Shown: positions 7,668 to 16,314 of the stretch, in pieces | Layout: each line of letters opens with the position of its first letter | Position numbering within the stretch: the stretch's first letter is position 1 | Source: a phage | Direction: 5' to 3' (one strand) | Assembly (NCBI GenBank): GCA_032279465.1 | Contig: GCA_032279465.1_4357.1 | DNA length: 44,179 nt | Made by a program: the position numbers and the translations under genes | Notes under the pieces: generated by a model | The model's input: only the letters and a program-made list of their open reading frames with translations | Told to the model about the DNA's origin: nothing | Database searches by the model: none

Positions 7668-8159
7668 ATGTTAGAGAAATTCTTAGTATTGCTGGAACGT
7701 TTCGTAGTTGCACATGAACTGATTGCCGCGAACAGTGCGAAACAAGTTGTTCAGGTTGCCGCGCCGCTGGAAGTAGAGACTGTATCGTACACCAAAGAAG
7801 CGGTAGCTGAGTGCGCTGAAGAAGCAACAAAAGAAATCCCGGTAGAAGGCGAAGACATCGTTGACACTAAACCGGCAGAAGAAGAGAAGCCGAAACGCAA
7901 GCCGCGTAAACCTAAAGTAGAGGAGTCTACGCCAGAACCGGAAGAAGAGGTCGATTACAAGTCTCTGCGTGACCAGATTCAGGCCATCGACGATGCAATT
8001 AATGAAGGTCCTAGCGATGCCGCGTGCGATGATTCTGATGAACTGCTGGAAGAGTTCACAGGTAAGAAAATGAAGATTGCAGCGATTAAAGACGAAGACC
8101 TGGCTGAATACCTGGAACGCTTGACAGCAATCAAGAACAAGTATTTCGAAGAAGAATAA
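7668..8159 (+). CDS. Highly acidic low-complexity early protein
   Basis: 163 aa; long Glu/Asp-rich tracts with a short basic patch KPKRKPRKPK; ACAGGAGAG Shine-Dalgarno. Confidence 0.5.
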   Translation: MLEKFLVLLERFVVAHELIAANSAKQVVQVAAPLEVETVSYTKEAVAECAEEATKEIPVEGEDIVDTKPAEEEKPKRKPRKPKVEESTPEPEEEVDYKSLRDQIQAIDDAINEGPSDAACDDSDELLEEFTGKKMKIAAIKDEDLAEYLERLTAIKNKYFEEE

Positions 8160-8202
8160 CTATCAGGCGGCCTTCGGGCCGCTTTAACGGAGGGGCGGAA
8201 AT

Positions 8203-8475
8203 ATGATTTACCAACTCTACCGCGCCGTAGACAGGCGGGATAACACAGAGGCGTTGTGGCTGTTGCGTGCGCCGTCCGGTGCGCACCAGATGGAAGAGAT
8301 GGCGTACTTAGGCAAAGTACCGCGTCCTAAAGATATAGGTCGTCACGTGTCGCGGATTAAACGCACGACATTCGCCAAGCCCGACTTTTATGTCTTCGAG
8401 TCGATGTATGGATGGGCCTTACATTGCGACCACAAGACACGGCATTTAATTGACCAGTGGGAGAACATAGCATGA
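8203..8475 (+). CDS. Hypothetical protein
   Basis: 90 aa ORF; stop overlaps next start (ATGA). Confidence 0.4.
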   Translation: MIYQLYRAVDRRDNTEALWLLRAPSGAHQMEEMAYLGKVPRPKDIGRHVSRIKRTTFAKPDFYVFESMYGWALHCDHKTRHLIDQWENIA

Positions 8476-9713
8476 TTCTAAAAGAACGCGGTGGCAATAA
8501 TGATGTGCACGCCCTGCTGTCGCCGTCGGGGGCTAAGAAATGGCTAAGTTGTGCAGCTTCGCTGGCCTGTGAGAAAGATATTCCTAACGCGTCTGGTAAA
8601 GCTGCGGTATTAGGCACAGCTATGCACACCATAGCGGAGATGCATCTAAACCAGTACATCAAAGGCACTGCGTTGCCATTAAAGCGTGAAGTCGGTGCTT
8701 ACGTACTGGATGAGGGTAAAGGCCAGATTAAGGCGCTAATCAGTCCGATGAAAGGCGCAGTACTGATTACGGCTGACATGATTGAGCAAGTGCGCAAGTA
8801 TACCGACTACTGCAAAGCGATTATCGATGTAGCGACTTACGCCAAGCTGGAAATGCGCGTCAATCTTACTGAGGTATTGCATCCGGGCTACGAAGGCGTT
8901 GAGACGTTCGGGACCGCCGACCTTGTTGCCGTTCAGGAACTGGCGAACACCGACGAGCATATGCTCGTAATCGGCGACCTGAAAACTGGGCGGCATCGCG
9001 TCGAAGCGAAAGAAAACAAGCAGCTTATGCTTTACGCTCTCGGTGTTTATCGTCGACTCAAGAGACGTTATAACATAACAACCGTTCGTCTGGTCATCTT
9101 CCAGCCTTACGCTGGGGGTGCGACAGAGTGGGACATCTCGGTTGAAGGACTGGAACTGTTCGCTAAGTTCGCACAGAAACGCGCGCTGTTAGCGCTTGAT
9201 GCGTATTTCCGTGGCAAGAAGAACCTGAAAGCGTCGGACTTCAAGCCATCGGTAGATGGTTGTCAGTGGTGCCGGTTCTCTGAACAATGCGCTGCGCGTA
9301 CAAAGACGGTTAATTCTGTACTGGCGGAAGAACTGGAAGACGACTTTGTGCTGGAACTGACACCAGAGCAACTCGTAGCTGAGTATGAGAAGTTGCCGTT
9401 GTTGCGCCAGCACATCGACAAGGTTGAAAAAGCTATGTCTGCCGCGTTGCATTCTGGTAAGAAAGTGCCTGGGTACAAGCTGGTTGAAGGCCGCGCGGGT
9501 AATCGTGCGTGGAAAGACACCGATGCGGTATTTGAGAAGTACGGTACTATGCTGCAAAAGGTAGTGCTCATGACGCCGACCGAAGCGGTTAAAGTCATAC
9601 CAGAAGAAGAACTGAAAGACTTCATTACCCGTAAGCCAGGCGCACCATGTGTTGCAACGGCAGACGACAAACGTCCTGAGTGGAATAGGGTAACAGAGGA
9701 GGATTTAGAATGA
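8472..9713 (+). CDS. PD-(D/E)xK exonuclease, Cas4/DUF2800-like
   Basis: ORF track 8457..9713, probable ATG 8472; N-terminal LLSPSGAKKWLSC, IGDLKTG...K core, C-terminal Cys cluster CQWCRFSEQCAA as in Cas4-like nucleases. Confidence 0.6.
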   Translation: MILKERGGNNDVHALLSPSGAKKWLSCAASLACEKDIPNASGKAAVLGTAMHTIAEMHLNQYIKGTALPLKREVGAYVLDEGKGQIKALISPMKGAVLITADMIEQVRKYTDYCKAIIDVATYAKLEMRVNLTEVLHPGYEGVETFGTADLVAVQELANTDEHMLVIGDLKTGRHRVEAKENKQLMLYALGVYRRLKRRYNITTVRLVIFQPYAGGATEWDISVEGLELFAKFAQKRALLALDAYFRGKKNLKASDFKPSVDGCQWCRFSEQCAARTKTVNSVLAEELEDDFVLELTPEQLVAEYEKLPLLRQHIDKVEKAMSAALHSGKKVPGYKLVEGRAGNRAWKDTDAVFEKYGTMLQKVVLMTPTEAVKVIPEEELKDFITRKPGAPCVATADDKRPEWNRVTEEDLE

Positions 9714-9913
9714 TTCAAGTAAATGAAATGCCCACAGATAAAGATTTTGTGATGATATGGCGCTGGGGCGGTTATATCCATTCGGAATCGTTTACGTTCC
9801 TGAACGGCACGATGGTGCGATACAACCATGTGGGGGATGAATTCGAACCCGTTGATATGAATGATTTCGAGAACATAGTCCGTATTGCGAAATTTTATTT
9901 GACACCTGAATAG
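9710..9913 (+). CDS. Hypothetical protein
   Basis: 67 aa ORF coupled to exonuclease. Confidence 0.35.
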   Translation: MIQVNEMPTDKDFVMIWRWGGYIHSESFTFLNGTMVRYNHVGDEFEPVDMNDFENIVRIAKFYLTPE

Positions 9914-9927
9914 TTAGCTATTATAGT
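9899..9927 (+). promoter_or_regulatory. Sigma70-like promoter (type 2: TTGACA-N17-TATAGT) with inverted repeat
   Basis: -35 TTGACA 9899-9904, -10 TATAGT 9922-9927, inverted repeat 9909-9922; followed by 5' UTR hairpin CCGGG/CCCGG near 9940-9955. Confidence 0.55.
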
Positions 9928-9995
9928 TCTAATCACTGGCCGGGCAGCTTCCCGGAGTAAACTTTGAAATATAAACTGAAAAGCGAGAAATCACG

Positions 9996-10622
9996 ATGGG
10001 TATTAAACTGAATCTGCGTAAAGTAAACACTGCATGGGTTAACGTATTTGAACGTGAAAAAGACCGTGAAAACGATGATGGCTCAATCACTAAAGGCCAG
10101 TACAGCGCGACTATCATCCTGCCGTCTGACCATGCTCAAATCGATGCACTCTACGACACCGTTTACGCTGTAGTTGAAGAAGCGTTAGGCGCAGCCGCGG
10201 CCGAGAAATGGATGAAGTCCAACTACGGTGAAGGTAAGCACATGGATAAATGCGCGATTAAAGACATTGCCGAGCGCGACAATCCGTTTGAAGACTTCCC
10301 GGAAGGCTTCTACTTCAAAGCGAAGGCACAGAAACAGCCGCTGATTGTAACCTCTAAAAAAGGTGAGACTCAGGTAGAGCAGGACTTCAACGTAGACGGC
10401 GAACAGATTGAAGGTGAACAGGTTTACAGCGGATGCTTAGCTAACGTAAGCGTTGAAATCTGGTTCAGCCAGAAATACAAAGTCCTCGGCGTTAACCTGC
10501 TGGCGATTAAATACGTTGGCGAAGGCAAAGCGTTCGGCAGTTCTAAAGTCGCTGCGAGCGTCAATGACCTGGAAGACGACGAAGAAGATGAAGCACCGCG
10601 CCGCGAACGTCGCCGCCGCTAA
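9996..10622 (+). CDS. Putative ssDNA-binding protein (T7 gp2.5/DUF2815-like)
   Basis: 208 aa; sits between Cas4-like nuclease and DNA polymerase as in DUF2800-DUF2815-PolA modules; acidic C-terminal tract DDEEDE. Confidence 0.45.
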   Translation: MGIKLNLRKVNTAWVNVFEREKDRENDDGSITKGQYSATIILPSDHAQIDALYDTVYAVVEEALGAAAAEKWMKSNYGEGKHMDKCAIKDIAERDNPFEDFPEGFYFKAKAQKQPLIVTSKKGETQVEQDFNVDGEQIEGEQVYSGCLANVSVEIWFSQKYKVLGVNLLAIKYVGEGKAFGSSKVAASVNDLEDDEEDEAPRRERRRR

Positions 10623-10642
10623 TATCTGAATCAATTTAACTA

Positions 10643-10667
10643 AGGCCCTTCATTGGGCCTTTTTACT
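10643..10667 (+). terminator. Rho-independent terminator
   Basis: Stem AGGCCC/GGGCCT with loop TTCATT followed by TTTTACT. Confidence 0.55.
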
Positions 10668-10681
10668 AAGGGTCGAAAATC

Positions 10682-10837
10682 ATGTTTTTCTGTAAGCACG
10701 TATACCGATATATGAAACCGCTTCCGTGGTACGCGGATGAGTACCGCGCCGGGTACAGGCATGTGTGGATTTGCCGTGATTGTATGAAAATAAGACTCAG
10801 CGAAACGAAGGCACTGGATTTAAGGAAAAAGAAATGA
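10682..10837 (+). CDS. Hypothetical small Cys-containing protein (51 aa)
   Basis: ATG 10682 behind AAGGG; stop overlaps DNA polymerase ATG (ATGA). Confidence 0.3.
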   Translation: MFFCKHVYRYMKPLPWYADEYRAGYRHVWICRDCMKIRLSETKALDLRKKK

Positions 10838-13014
10838 GCTACTTATACCTGGACTTTGAAACATTCTCCGAAGCCGATTTAAAGAAAGTCGGCTCCTACG
10901 CTTACGCCGAACACCCGACTACCGAAGTGCTTATCTGCACATATGCTTTTGACGACGAGCCTGTGCGGGTATGGGATTGCACCGATGGCAGCGACATGCC
11001 GGGTGATTTGCACCGCGCACTGCGCCGCCTGGTTAAGCCGAACAGTCGTATTAAGATGGTGTGGCACAACGGCTCAATGTTCGACAGGCTCATCATGAAA
11101 CACTGCTGGGACTTTGATATTCCGGTAAGTAACACCATTGATACTATGATTTGGGCGTTCCGTCACGCGCTGCCGGGTTCTCTTGATGCGCTGTGCGAAG
11201 TGCTGGGCGTGTCTGCAGACAACGCGAAAGATAAACGCGGCAAGGCTCTGATTAAGCGTTTCTCTAAACCGACGCCGAAGAACTACAAAATCCGCCGCTA
11301 CACCGCAGAAACTCACCCTGACGAGTGGGCGATGTTCATCAGGTACGCCGTGAGCGACATCACTGCGATGCGTGAAGTCTTCCATAAGCTGCCGCGTTGG
11401 GGTAACTCCGAGTTCGAAGACCGTGTACTGGAACTTGACCAGTTAATCAACGACCGCGGATTTAAGGTTGACGTCGCACTGGCGGAAGCCGCGATTGAAG
11501 CCGTAGAGAAGCACAAGGCACAGTTACAGGAAGAAGCTCAACGTAAATACGGCGGCTCGCTTACCGGTAAAGACTTCCTTCCGATTCTGCGTGAACTTGC
11601 GCCCGCGCACCGCATACACAATGCACAGAAGTCGACGCTTAACGACCTGTTGGCAGATGATGATTTACCGGACGACGCCCGGATGATTATCGAAATGCGC
11701 CTCGGGGCCGCGTCAACAGCGTCCACGAAATATAACCCGCTGCTGTTAGGCCGCTCGTCGGACGACCGACGCCGCGGTTGTATCCAGTACGGTGGGGCAA
11801 AGCGTACGTTACGGTTCGCGGGTAAAGGCTTCCAGCCACAGAACCTGGCGCGTGGGTACTATCACGATGATGAACTGGATAAAGGCATTTCAGCGTTACT
11901 TAAGGGCCGGGCGCACCGCCGATTTGACGTAGCCAAGCTGACGGCATCTACCGTTCGTAGCTGCATTATCCCGGAAGCCGGACATAAGTTTGTCATCGCC
12001 GATTACTCTAACGTCGAAGGCCGCGGTCTTGCGTGGCTGGCGGGCGAAGAAACCGCGCTAGATACGTTCCGCGCCGGACTGGATATTTACTGCGTAACAG
12101 CAGGTAAGATGTTCGGCATGGAGCCGGATTACATTAAGAAAGAACGTAAAGACTTACGCCAGATTGGTAAAGCCTGCGAATTGGGCCTCGGATACGCGGG
12201 CGGTGTCGGTGCTTTCGTTCAGTTCGCTAAAAACCTCGGCCTTGACCTGGTTGATATGGCTAAAACAATGGACGGTACTTTCCCTGACCACATCTGGGCC
12301 GCTACCGCGCGCGGGTACGAGTGGGCGCGTATTCAGGAAGCCAAGCGACCACCGCGTCCGGGTGAAAAGGATGACCGACCATCATATATTCTTGATAAGA
12401 AAGTCTGGCGTACATGCGACGCAATTAAGCGTATGTGGCGGGAGTCCCACCCGGAAACAGTAGCTTTCTGGCGTGATATTGAAGACGCAGCTATGGCAGC
12501 AATCCGTAATCCGGGGAAAGAGTTCACCGCTGGCCCTCGCGGGGTTAAGTTTTCTCGCAACGTAGAGACGGACAACAACGGCAACAAAGTCGCTGGTTGG
12601 TGGTTGCGCATGACGTTGCCGTCAGGTCGCGTTATGTCATACCCGGGCGTCGGGTTGAGCGTGTCAAAAGAGACAGACGAAGACGGAAAAGTTTCTACTA
12701 ACGTGCGCATCAAGTATCAGGGTGAAAATCAGTTAACCAGGCAGTGGGGCTTCCAGTACACCTACTCCGGTAAACTGGTGGAAAACTGCACTCAGGCACT
12801 GTGCCGTGACTTGCTGGCTAATGCGCTACTTAACGTTGAAGCAAACGGCTACCCGATTGTACTTCACGTACACGATGAGATTATCTGCGAGACACCAGAT
12901 TTACCAGAATACAATGTTGCAGAGCTTGAGCGATTGATGTGCGAATTACCAGAATGGGTGGAGGGGTTCCCTCTTGTAGCGGAAGGTCAGGAGTTAAAAC
13001 GCTATGCTAAGTAA
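10834..13014 (+). CDS. DNA polymerase, family A, with 3'-5' exonuclease domain
   Basis: ORF track 10780..13014, probable ATG 10834 behind AAGGAAA; exo motif LDFETFS; polymerase motifs DYSNVEGR, RQIGKACELGLGYAGG, HVHDEI. Confidence 0.85.
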   Translation: MSYLYLDFETFSEADLKKVGSYAYAEHPTTEVLICTYAFDDEPVRVWDCTDGSDMPGDLHRALRRLVKPNSRIKMVWHNGSMFDRLIMKHCWDFDIPVSNTIDTMIWAFRHALPGSLDALCEVLGVSADNAKDKRGKALIKRFSKPTPKNYKIRRYTAETHPDEWAMFIRYAVSDITAMREVFHKLPRWGNSEFEDRVLELDQLINDRGFKVDVALAEAAIEAVEKHKAQLQEEAQRKYGGSLTGKDFLPILRELAPAHRIHNAQKSTLNDLLADDDLPDDARMIIEMRLGAASTASTKYNPLLLGRSSDDRRRGCIQYGGAKRTLRFAGKGFQPQNLARGYYHDDELDKGISALLKGRAHRRFDVAKLTASTVRSCIIPEAGHKFVIADYSNVEGRGLAWLAGEETALDTFRAGLDIYCVTAGKMFGMEPDYIKKERKDLRQIGKACELGLGYAGGVGAFVQFAKNLGLDLVDMAKTMDGTFPDHIWAATARGYEWARIQEAKRPPRPGEKDDRPSYILDKKVWRTCDAIKRMWRESHPETVAFWRDIEDAAMAAIRNPGKEFTAGPRGVKFSRNVETDNNGNKVAGWWLRMTLPSGRVMSYPGVGLSVSKETDEDGKVSTNVRIKYQGENQLTRQWGFQYTYSGKLVENCTQALCRDLLANALLNVEANGYPIVLHVHDEIICETPDLPEYNVAELERLMCELPEWVEGFPLVAEGQELKRYAK

Positions 13015-13135
13015 ACTGATTATCGCGGTACTGGCGGGATTTGCCGCAGGTGTCTACTGTCACGAGGGTCAATACGGCATGATGGTTGCCATATTGGGCA
13101 TGTTCATCGCAATTTATCTGTGGGTGCTGGAATGA
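13004..13135 (+). CDS. Hypothetical small membrane protein (43 aa)
   Basis: ATG 13004 behind AGGAG, overlaps polymerase 3' end; hydrophobic. Confidence 0.3.
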   Translation: MLSKLIIAVLAGFAAGVYCHEGQYGMMVAILGMFIAIYLWVLE

Positions 13136-13217
13136 AAATTTACCGGTTCTACGAAGAAGACTGCCGAATCTGTCCGCGCTGCGGGATTGAGCATACGAAA
13201 CGTGAGGGGTGTGTATT

Positions 13218-13715
13218 ATGGCAGCACCAAGTGACGATATAAAAGATTTTCTGTCATACGACCCGGATACCGGGATATTTAAATGGGTCAAGCACAGATG
13301 CCAGACCGCGAAACCCGGAGATGTTGTTACATACAAGGACCGTAAAGGGTACATATTGTTAGGATGGAGTAGGGTGTATTACCGCGCACACAGGCTGGCG
13401 TGGTGGTGGGTGTACGGAGAGATGCCAACTAAGCAAATAGACCATATTAACGGCATACGGGACGATAACCGGATTTGTAACCTACGGCTTGCGGATGAAT
13501 TTCAACAGAACCATAACCGCAAGACCCCAGTTACGAACACCAGCGGCGTGAAAGGGATTAACTGGAGTAAGCCTCATAATGCTTGGTGTGCTCGAGTTGC
13601 TTTTAAAGGTACACGCTATCAGATTGGGTATTTCCAGAACCTAAATGAAGCAGAGGAATCCCTGAGAGAATTTAGGGCAAAACTGCACGGAGAGTTTTGC
13701 AACCATGGCGACTAA
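13218..13715 (+). CDS. HNH homing endonuclease with AP2 DNA-binding domain
   Basis: ORF track 13209..13715; IDHINGIRDDNRICNLRLA...QQNHN HNH motif followed by AP2-like GVKGINWSKPHNAWCARVAFKGTRYQIGYF. Confidence 0.65.
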   Translation: MAAPSDDIKDFLSYDPDTGIFKWVKHRCQTAKPGDVVTYKDRKGYILLGWSRVYYRAHRLAWWWVYGEMPTKQIDHINGIRDDNRICNLRLADEFQQNHNRKTPVTNTSGVKGINWSKPHNAWCARVAFKGTRYQIGYFQNLNEAEESLREFRAKLHGEFCNHGD

Positions 13716-13992
13716 AGAGGGCCGCGTACAGAAATACGCAAAAGAGCGATTCGAGGCCCTCGGGGGCCTCGTTCGTAAGTTGTCGTACGAAAATAGAGTG
13801 GGCGCTCCCGACCTGCTGGTAATTCTCCCCGGCGGCATCATCTGGTTCGTCGAGGTTAAGAAAGACGAAAACACGAAGCCAGACCCGCACCAGCTACGCG
13901 AGCACGAGCGGATGCGTAAACGCGGTGCAGATGTTTTTGTCGTCGGGTCGTTCAAACAGGTTGACGACCTAATAGCGAACTATTATAGTTAG
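13705..13992 (+). CDS. VRR-NUC domain nuclease
   Basis: 95 aa; PD-(D/E)xK signature GAPDLLVILPGGIIWFVEVKK. Confidence 0.7.
   Translation: MATKEGRVQKYAKERFEALGGLVRKLSYENRVGAPDLLVILPGGIIWFVEVKKDENTKPDPHQLREHERMRKRGADVFVVGSFKQVDDLIANYYS
13961..13989 (+). promoter_or_regulatory. Sigma70-like promoter (type 2: TTGACG-N17-TATAGT) with inverted repeat
   Basis: -35 13961-13966, -10 13984-13989, inverted repeat 13971-13984; lies inside 3' end of VRR-NUC gene. Confidence 0.5.
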
Positions 13993-14022
13993 CCCTACAC
14001 CAACAATATAAGGAATTGATAG

Positions 14023-14214
14023 ATGAAATACGAATATGACCGTAAACCAGCACGTGACATCGTACCTGGCGACATGATTTTCAACGTTAAGACCCGTCGT
14101 CCTGTTGCCGTTGATACGGTGTTCGTCGAGTCGAACGGTAAATTGGTTATTGAAGACGTAACTGGTAACGTTACTGCGTTCGGGCGTAAAGAGTTAGTTC
14201 TGGCGGCGAAATGA
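14023..14214 (+). CDS. Hypothetical protein
   Basis: 63 aa ORF; stop overlaps SNF2 helicase start. Confidence 0.4.
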   Translation: MKYEYDRKPARDIVPGDMIFNVKTRRPVAVDTVFVESNGKLVIEDVTGNVTAFGRKELVLAAK

Positions 14215-15635
14215 GTAAGTTTCAAAGGCGCGAATACCAGAAGCTCATGACTTCGTTCATGCTGCAGCATCCACGCTGTAATATCTGGTGCGGCATGGGA
14301 GGGGGTAAAACCTCCTCCACTATGTGGGTGCTAAACCGCCTGTTCCGCAACGGGCAGCTTACTGAAGATGACCGCGTGTTAATCCTCGCCCCCCTGCGTG
14401 TTGCGTCCGGCACATGGCCTGCTGAACAAACTAAGTGGGGTTTCCCGTGTCTGCGTGTCGTAGATGCTACCGGTTCAGAGAAGCGCCGCATCGCGGCGCT
14501 GGAGTCCGACGCTAACGTGGTGTGCACTAACTACGAAGTTATCGAGTGGCTAATTGACTACTACGGCAAAGACGACTGGCCTTTTACGGTTATCGTTGCC
14601 GATGAAAGCACGAAGCTTAAATCGTTCCGCAGCCGTTCGGGTGGTAGCAAGCGGGCAAAGGCGCTCAGCAAGGTTGCGTTCGGAAAGGTTAAGCGTTTCA
14701 TCAACCTGACAGGCACACCGTCACCAAACGGCCTCAAAGACTTGTGGGGTCAGAACTGGTTTATCGACGCTGGCGAGCGCCTCGGCTCTTCGTACACAGC
14801 ATTCACCGACCGCTGGTTTAACTCGGTACAGAAAGGTAAATCGGCTATGGCCCGCGAGTATCATGCACGACCGGGTGCGGATAATGAGATTCATCAGAAG
14901 ATGAAAGACATCAGCCTGACCATAGACCCTGCCGAGTGGTTTGGTTGTGAAGCGCCTGTTATCGTACCGGTGGAAATAGACCTGCCGAAGAAAGCGCGTC
15001 AGGCGTACATAGATATGGAGGAGAAGTTATTCGCAGAACTGGAGAGCGGGGAAGTTGAAGCGGCTAACGCTGCGGCGAAGACCTCAAAGTGCTTGCAGAT
15101 TGCATCTGGTGCCGTGTATGTGTCAGGGCCGGATGGTGAAGCGACCAAAGACTGGGGGAAAGTGCACGACACGAAACTGGATGCGCTCGAGTCGATTGTT
15201 GAGGAGTTGCAGGGTGCGCCGTTGCTGGTAGCCTATCAGTTTAAACACGAACTGGAGCGTATCCTTAAGCGATTCCCACAAGCACAGGCCTTTGCCAAAG
15301 GCGCCAGGGGTAATAAGCAGATGGAAGCATGGAACCGCGGGGAAATCGAAATCTTATGTGTCCACCCTGCGTCAGCCGGTCATGGTTTGAATTTACAGGA
15401 CGGCGGACATCATCTGGCATTCATCTCGCAAGGCTGGAACCTTGAGCACTATTTGCAGGTTGTCGAGCGCATAGGCCCAGTCCGCCAGAAACAGGCGGGT
15501 CACGAGCGCCCGGTGTTCCTTTATCACATCGTTGCTAAAGACACTCTGGACGAGGTTGTCGCCGCGCGTACCGACGAGAAGAAATCGGTACAGGAAGAGT
15601 TGCTTAATTACATGAAGAGACGAGGTAAGAAATGA
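14211..15635 (+). CDS. SNF2-family helicase
   Basis: 474 aa; Walker A GMGGGKT, DEST box, helicase C-terminal motifs. Confidence 0.75.
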   Translation: MSKFQRREYQKLMTSFMLQHPRCNIWCGMGGGKTSSTMWVLNRLFRNGQLTEDDRVLILAPLRVASGTWPAEQTKWGFPCLRVVDATGSEKRRIAALESDANVVCTNYEVIEWLIDYYGKDDWPFTVIVADESTKLKSFRSRSGGSKRAKALSKVAFGKVKRFINLTGTPSPNGLKDLWGQNWFIDAGERLGSSYTAFTDRWFNSVQKGKSAMAREYHARPGADNEIHQKMKDISLTIDPAEWFGCEAPVIVPVEIDLPKKARQAYIDMEEKLFAELESGEVEAANAAAKTSKCLQIASGAVYVSGPDGEATKDWGKVHDTKLDALESIVEELQGAPLLVAYQFKHELERILKRFPQAQAFAKGARGNKQMEAWNRGEIEILCVHPASAGHGLNLQDGGHHLAFISQGWNLEHYLQVVERIGPVRQKQAGHERPVFLYHIVAKDTLDEVVAARTDEKKSVQEELLNYMKRRGKK

Positions 15636-16075
15636 TGGATTTCGAAGAGTTTCTACTTAAAGCTCATCTGCTGGCGCGCGGGTTTGGCGCTGACCGTCTC
15701 CAGGTAGTCTTAGCCCCTGGAGTAGCTACGTTTTACCTGTGGAGGTTTGACGGTAGGCTTCGCGGATACCAGCATTACAAACCACATGCCGAAAAGAACT
15801 GTAAAAACCCTAAAGACGCGCGGTACTTTACCAGAACAACAAGGCCGTGTTTATGGGGGCTTGAGTATTTGCCGGAAAGCGGGGTGGTATTTGTTACCGA
15901 AAGCATATTCAAAGCCGTAGCCTTGATGAATTGCGGGTTCAATGCTGTAAGCGCACTGGGGTCAAATATATCAACAGACCTACGGCAGCAAATGTCACTT
16001 TTGCCGTATGACTGGGTGTGTGCTGGCGACAATGATAAAGCTGGATTAAAGTTCAGCAAAACATTCACCAGATGA
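15632..16075 (+). CDS. Toprim-domain protein (primase-like catalytic core)
   Basis: 147 aa; VFVTESIFKAVAL ... CAGDNDKAG Toprim Glu and DxD motifs; no zinc-binding domain. Confidence 0.55.
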   Translation: MMDFEEFLLKAHLLARGFGADRLQVVLAPGVATFYLWRFDGRLRGYQHYKPHAEKNCKNPKDARYFTRTTRPCLWGLEYLPESGVVFVTESIFKAVALMNCGFNAVSALGSNISTDLRQQMSLLPYDWVCAGDNDKAGLKFSKTFTR

Positions 16076-16283
16076 TTTGTATCTAACGACCTTGATGAAC
16101 TTTGTGAAGAAGAAATAACGTATCTTGCGAGGAAATTTACCAGACGAACATCATAGCCCCAATTCCGGCATTGCAAAAACGTATCAAGGAACTCGAAGAA
16201 GAGGTTCTGCGGCTACGTCAGCAAAGAGACTCTGCTAATGCGCAACTGGCGTTTGTACTGGAGAAGTTATCAGAAGAGTAGAG

Positions 16284-16314
16284 AAAAGGCCCCGTTTGGG
16301 GCCTTAGTTTATTT
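16284..16314. terminator. Bidirectional Rho-independent terminator between convergent modules
   Basis: Stem AAGGCCCC/GGGGCCTT with loop GTTT, A-tract upstream and T-tract downstream; between Toprim gene and tailspike gene. Confidence 0.65.

Noticed and set aside
9263-9829. 188-aa minus-strand ORF inside the Cas4-like exonuclease gene
   Set aside because: Antisense, low-complexity Ser-rich product
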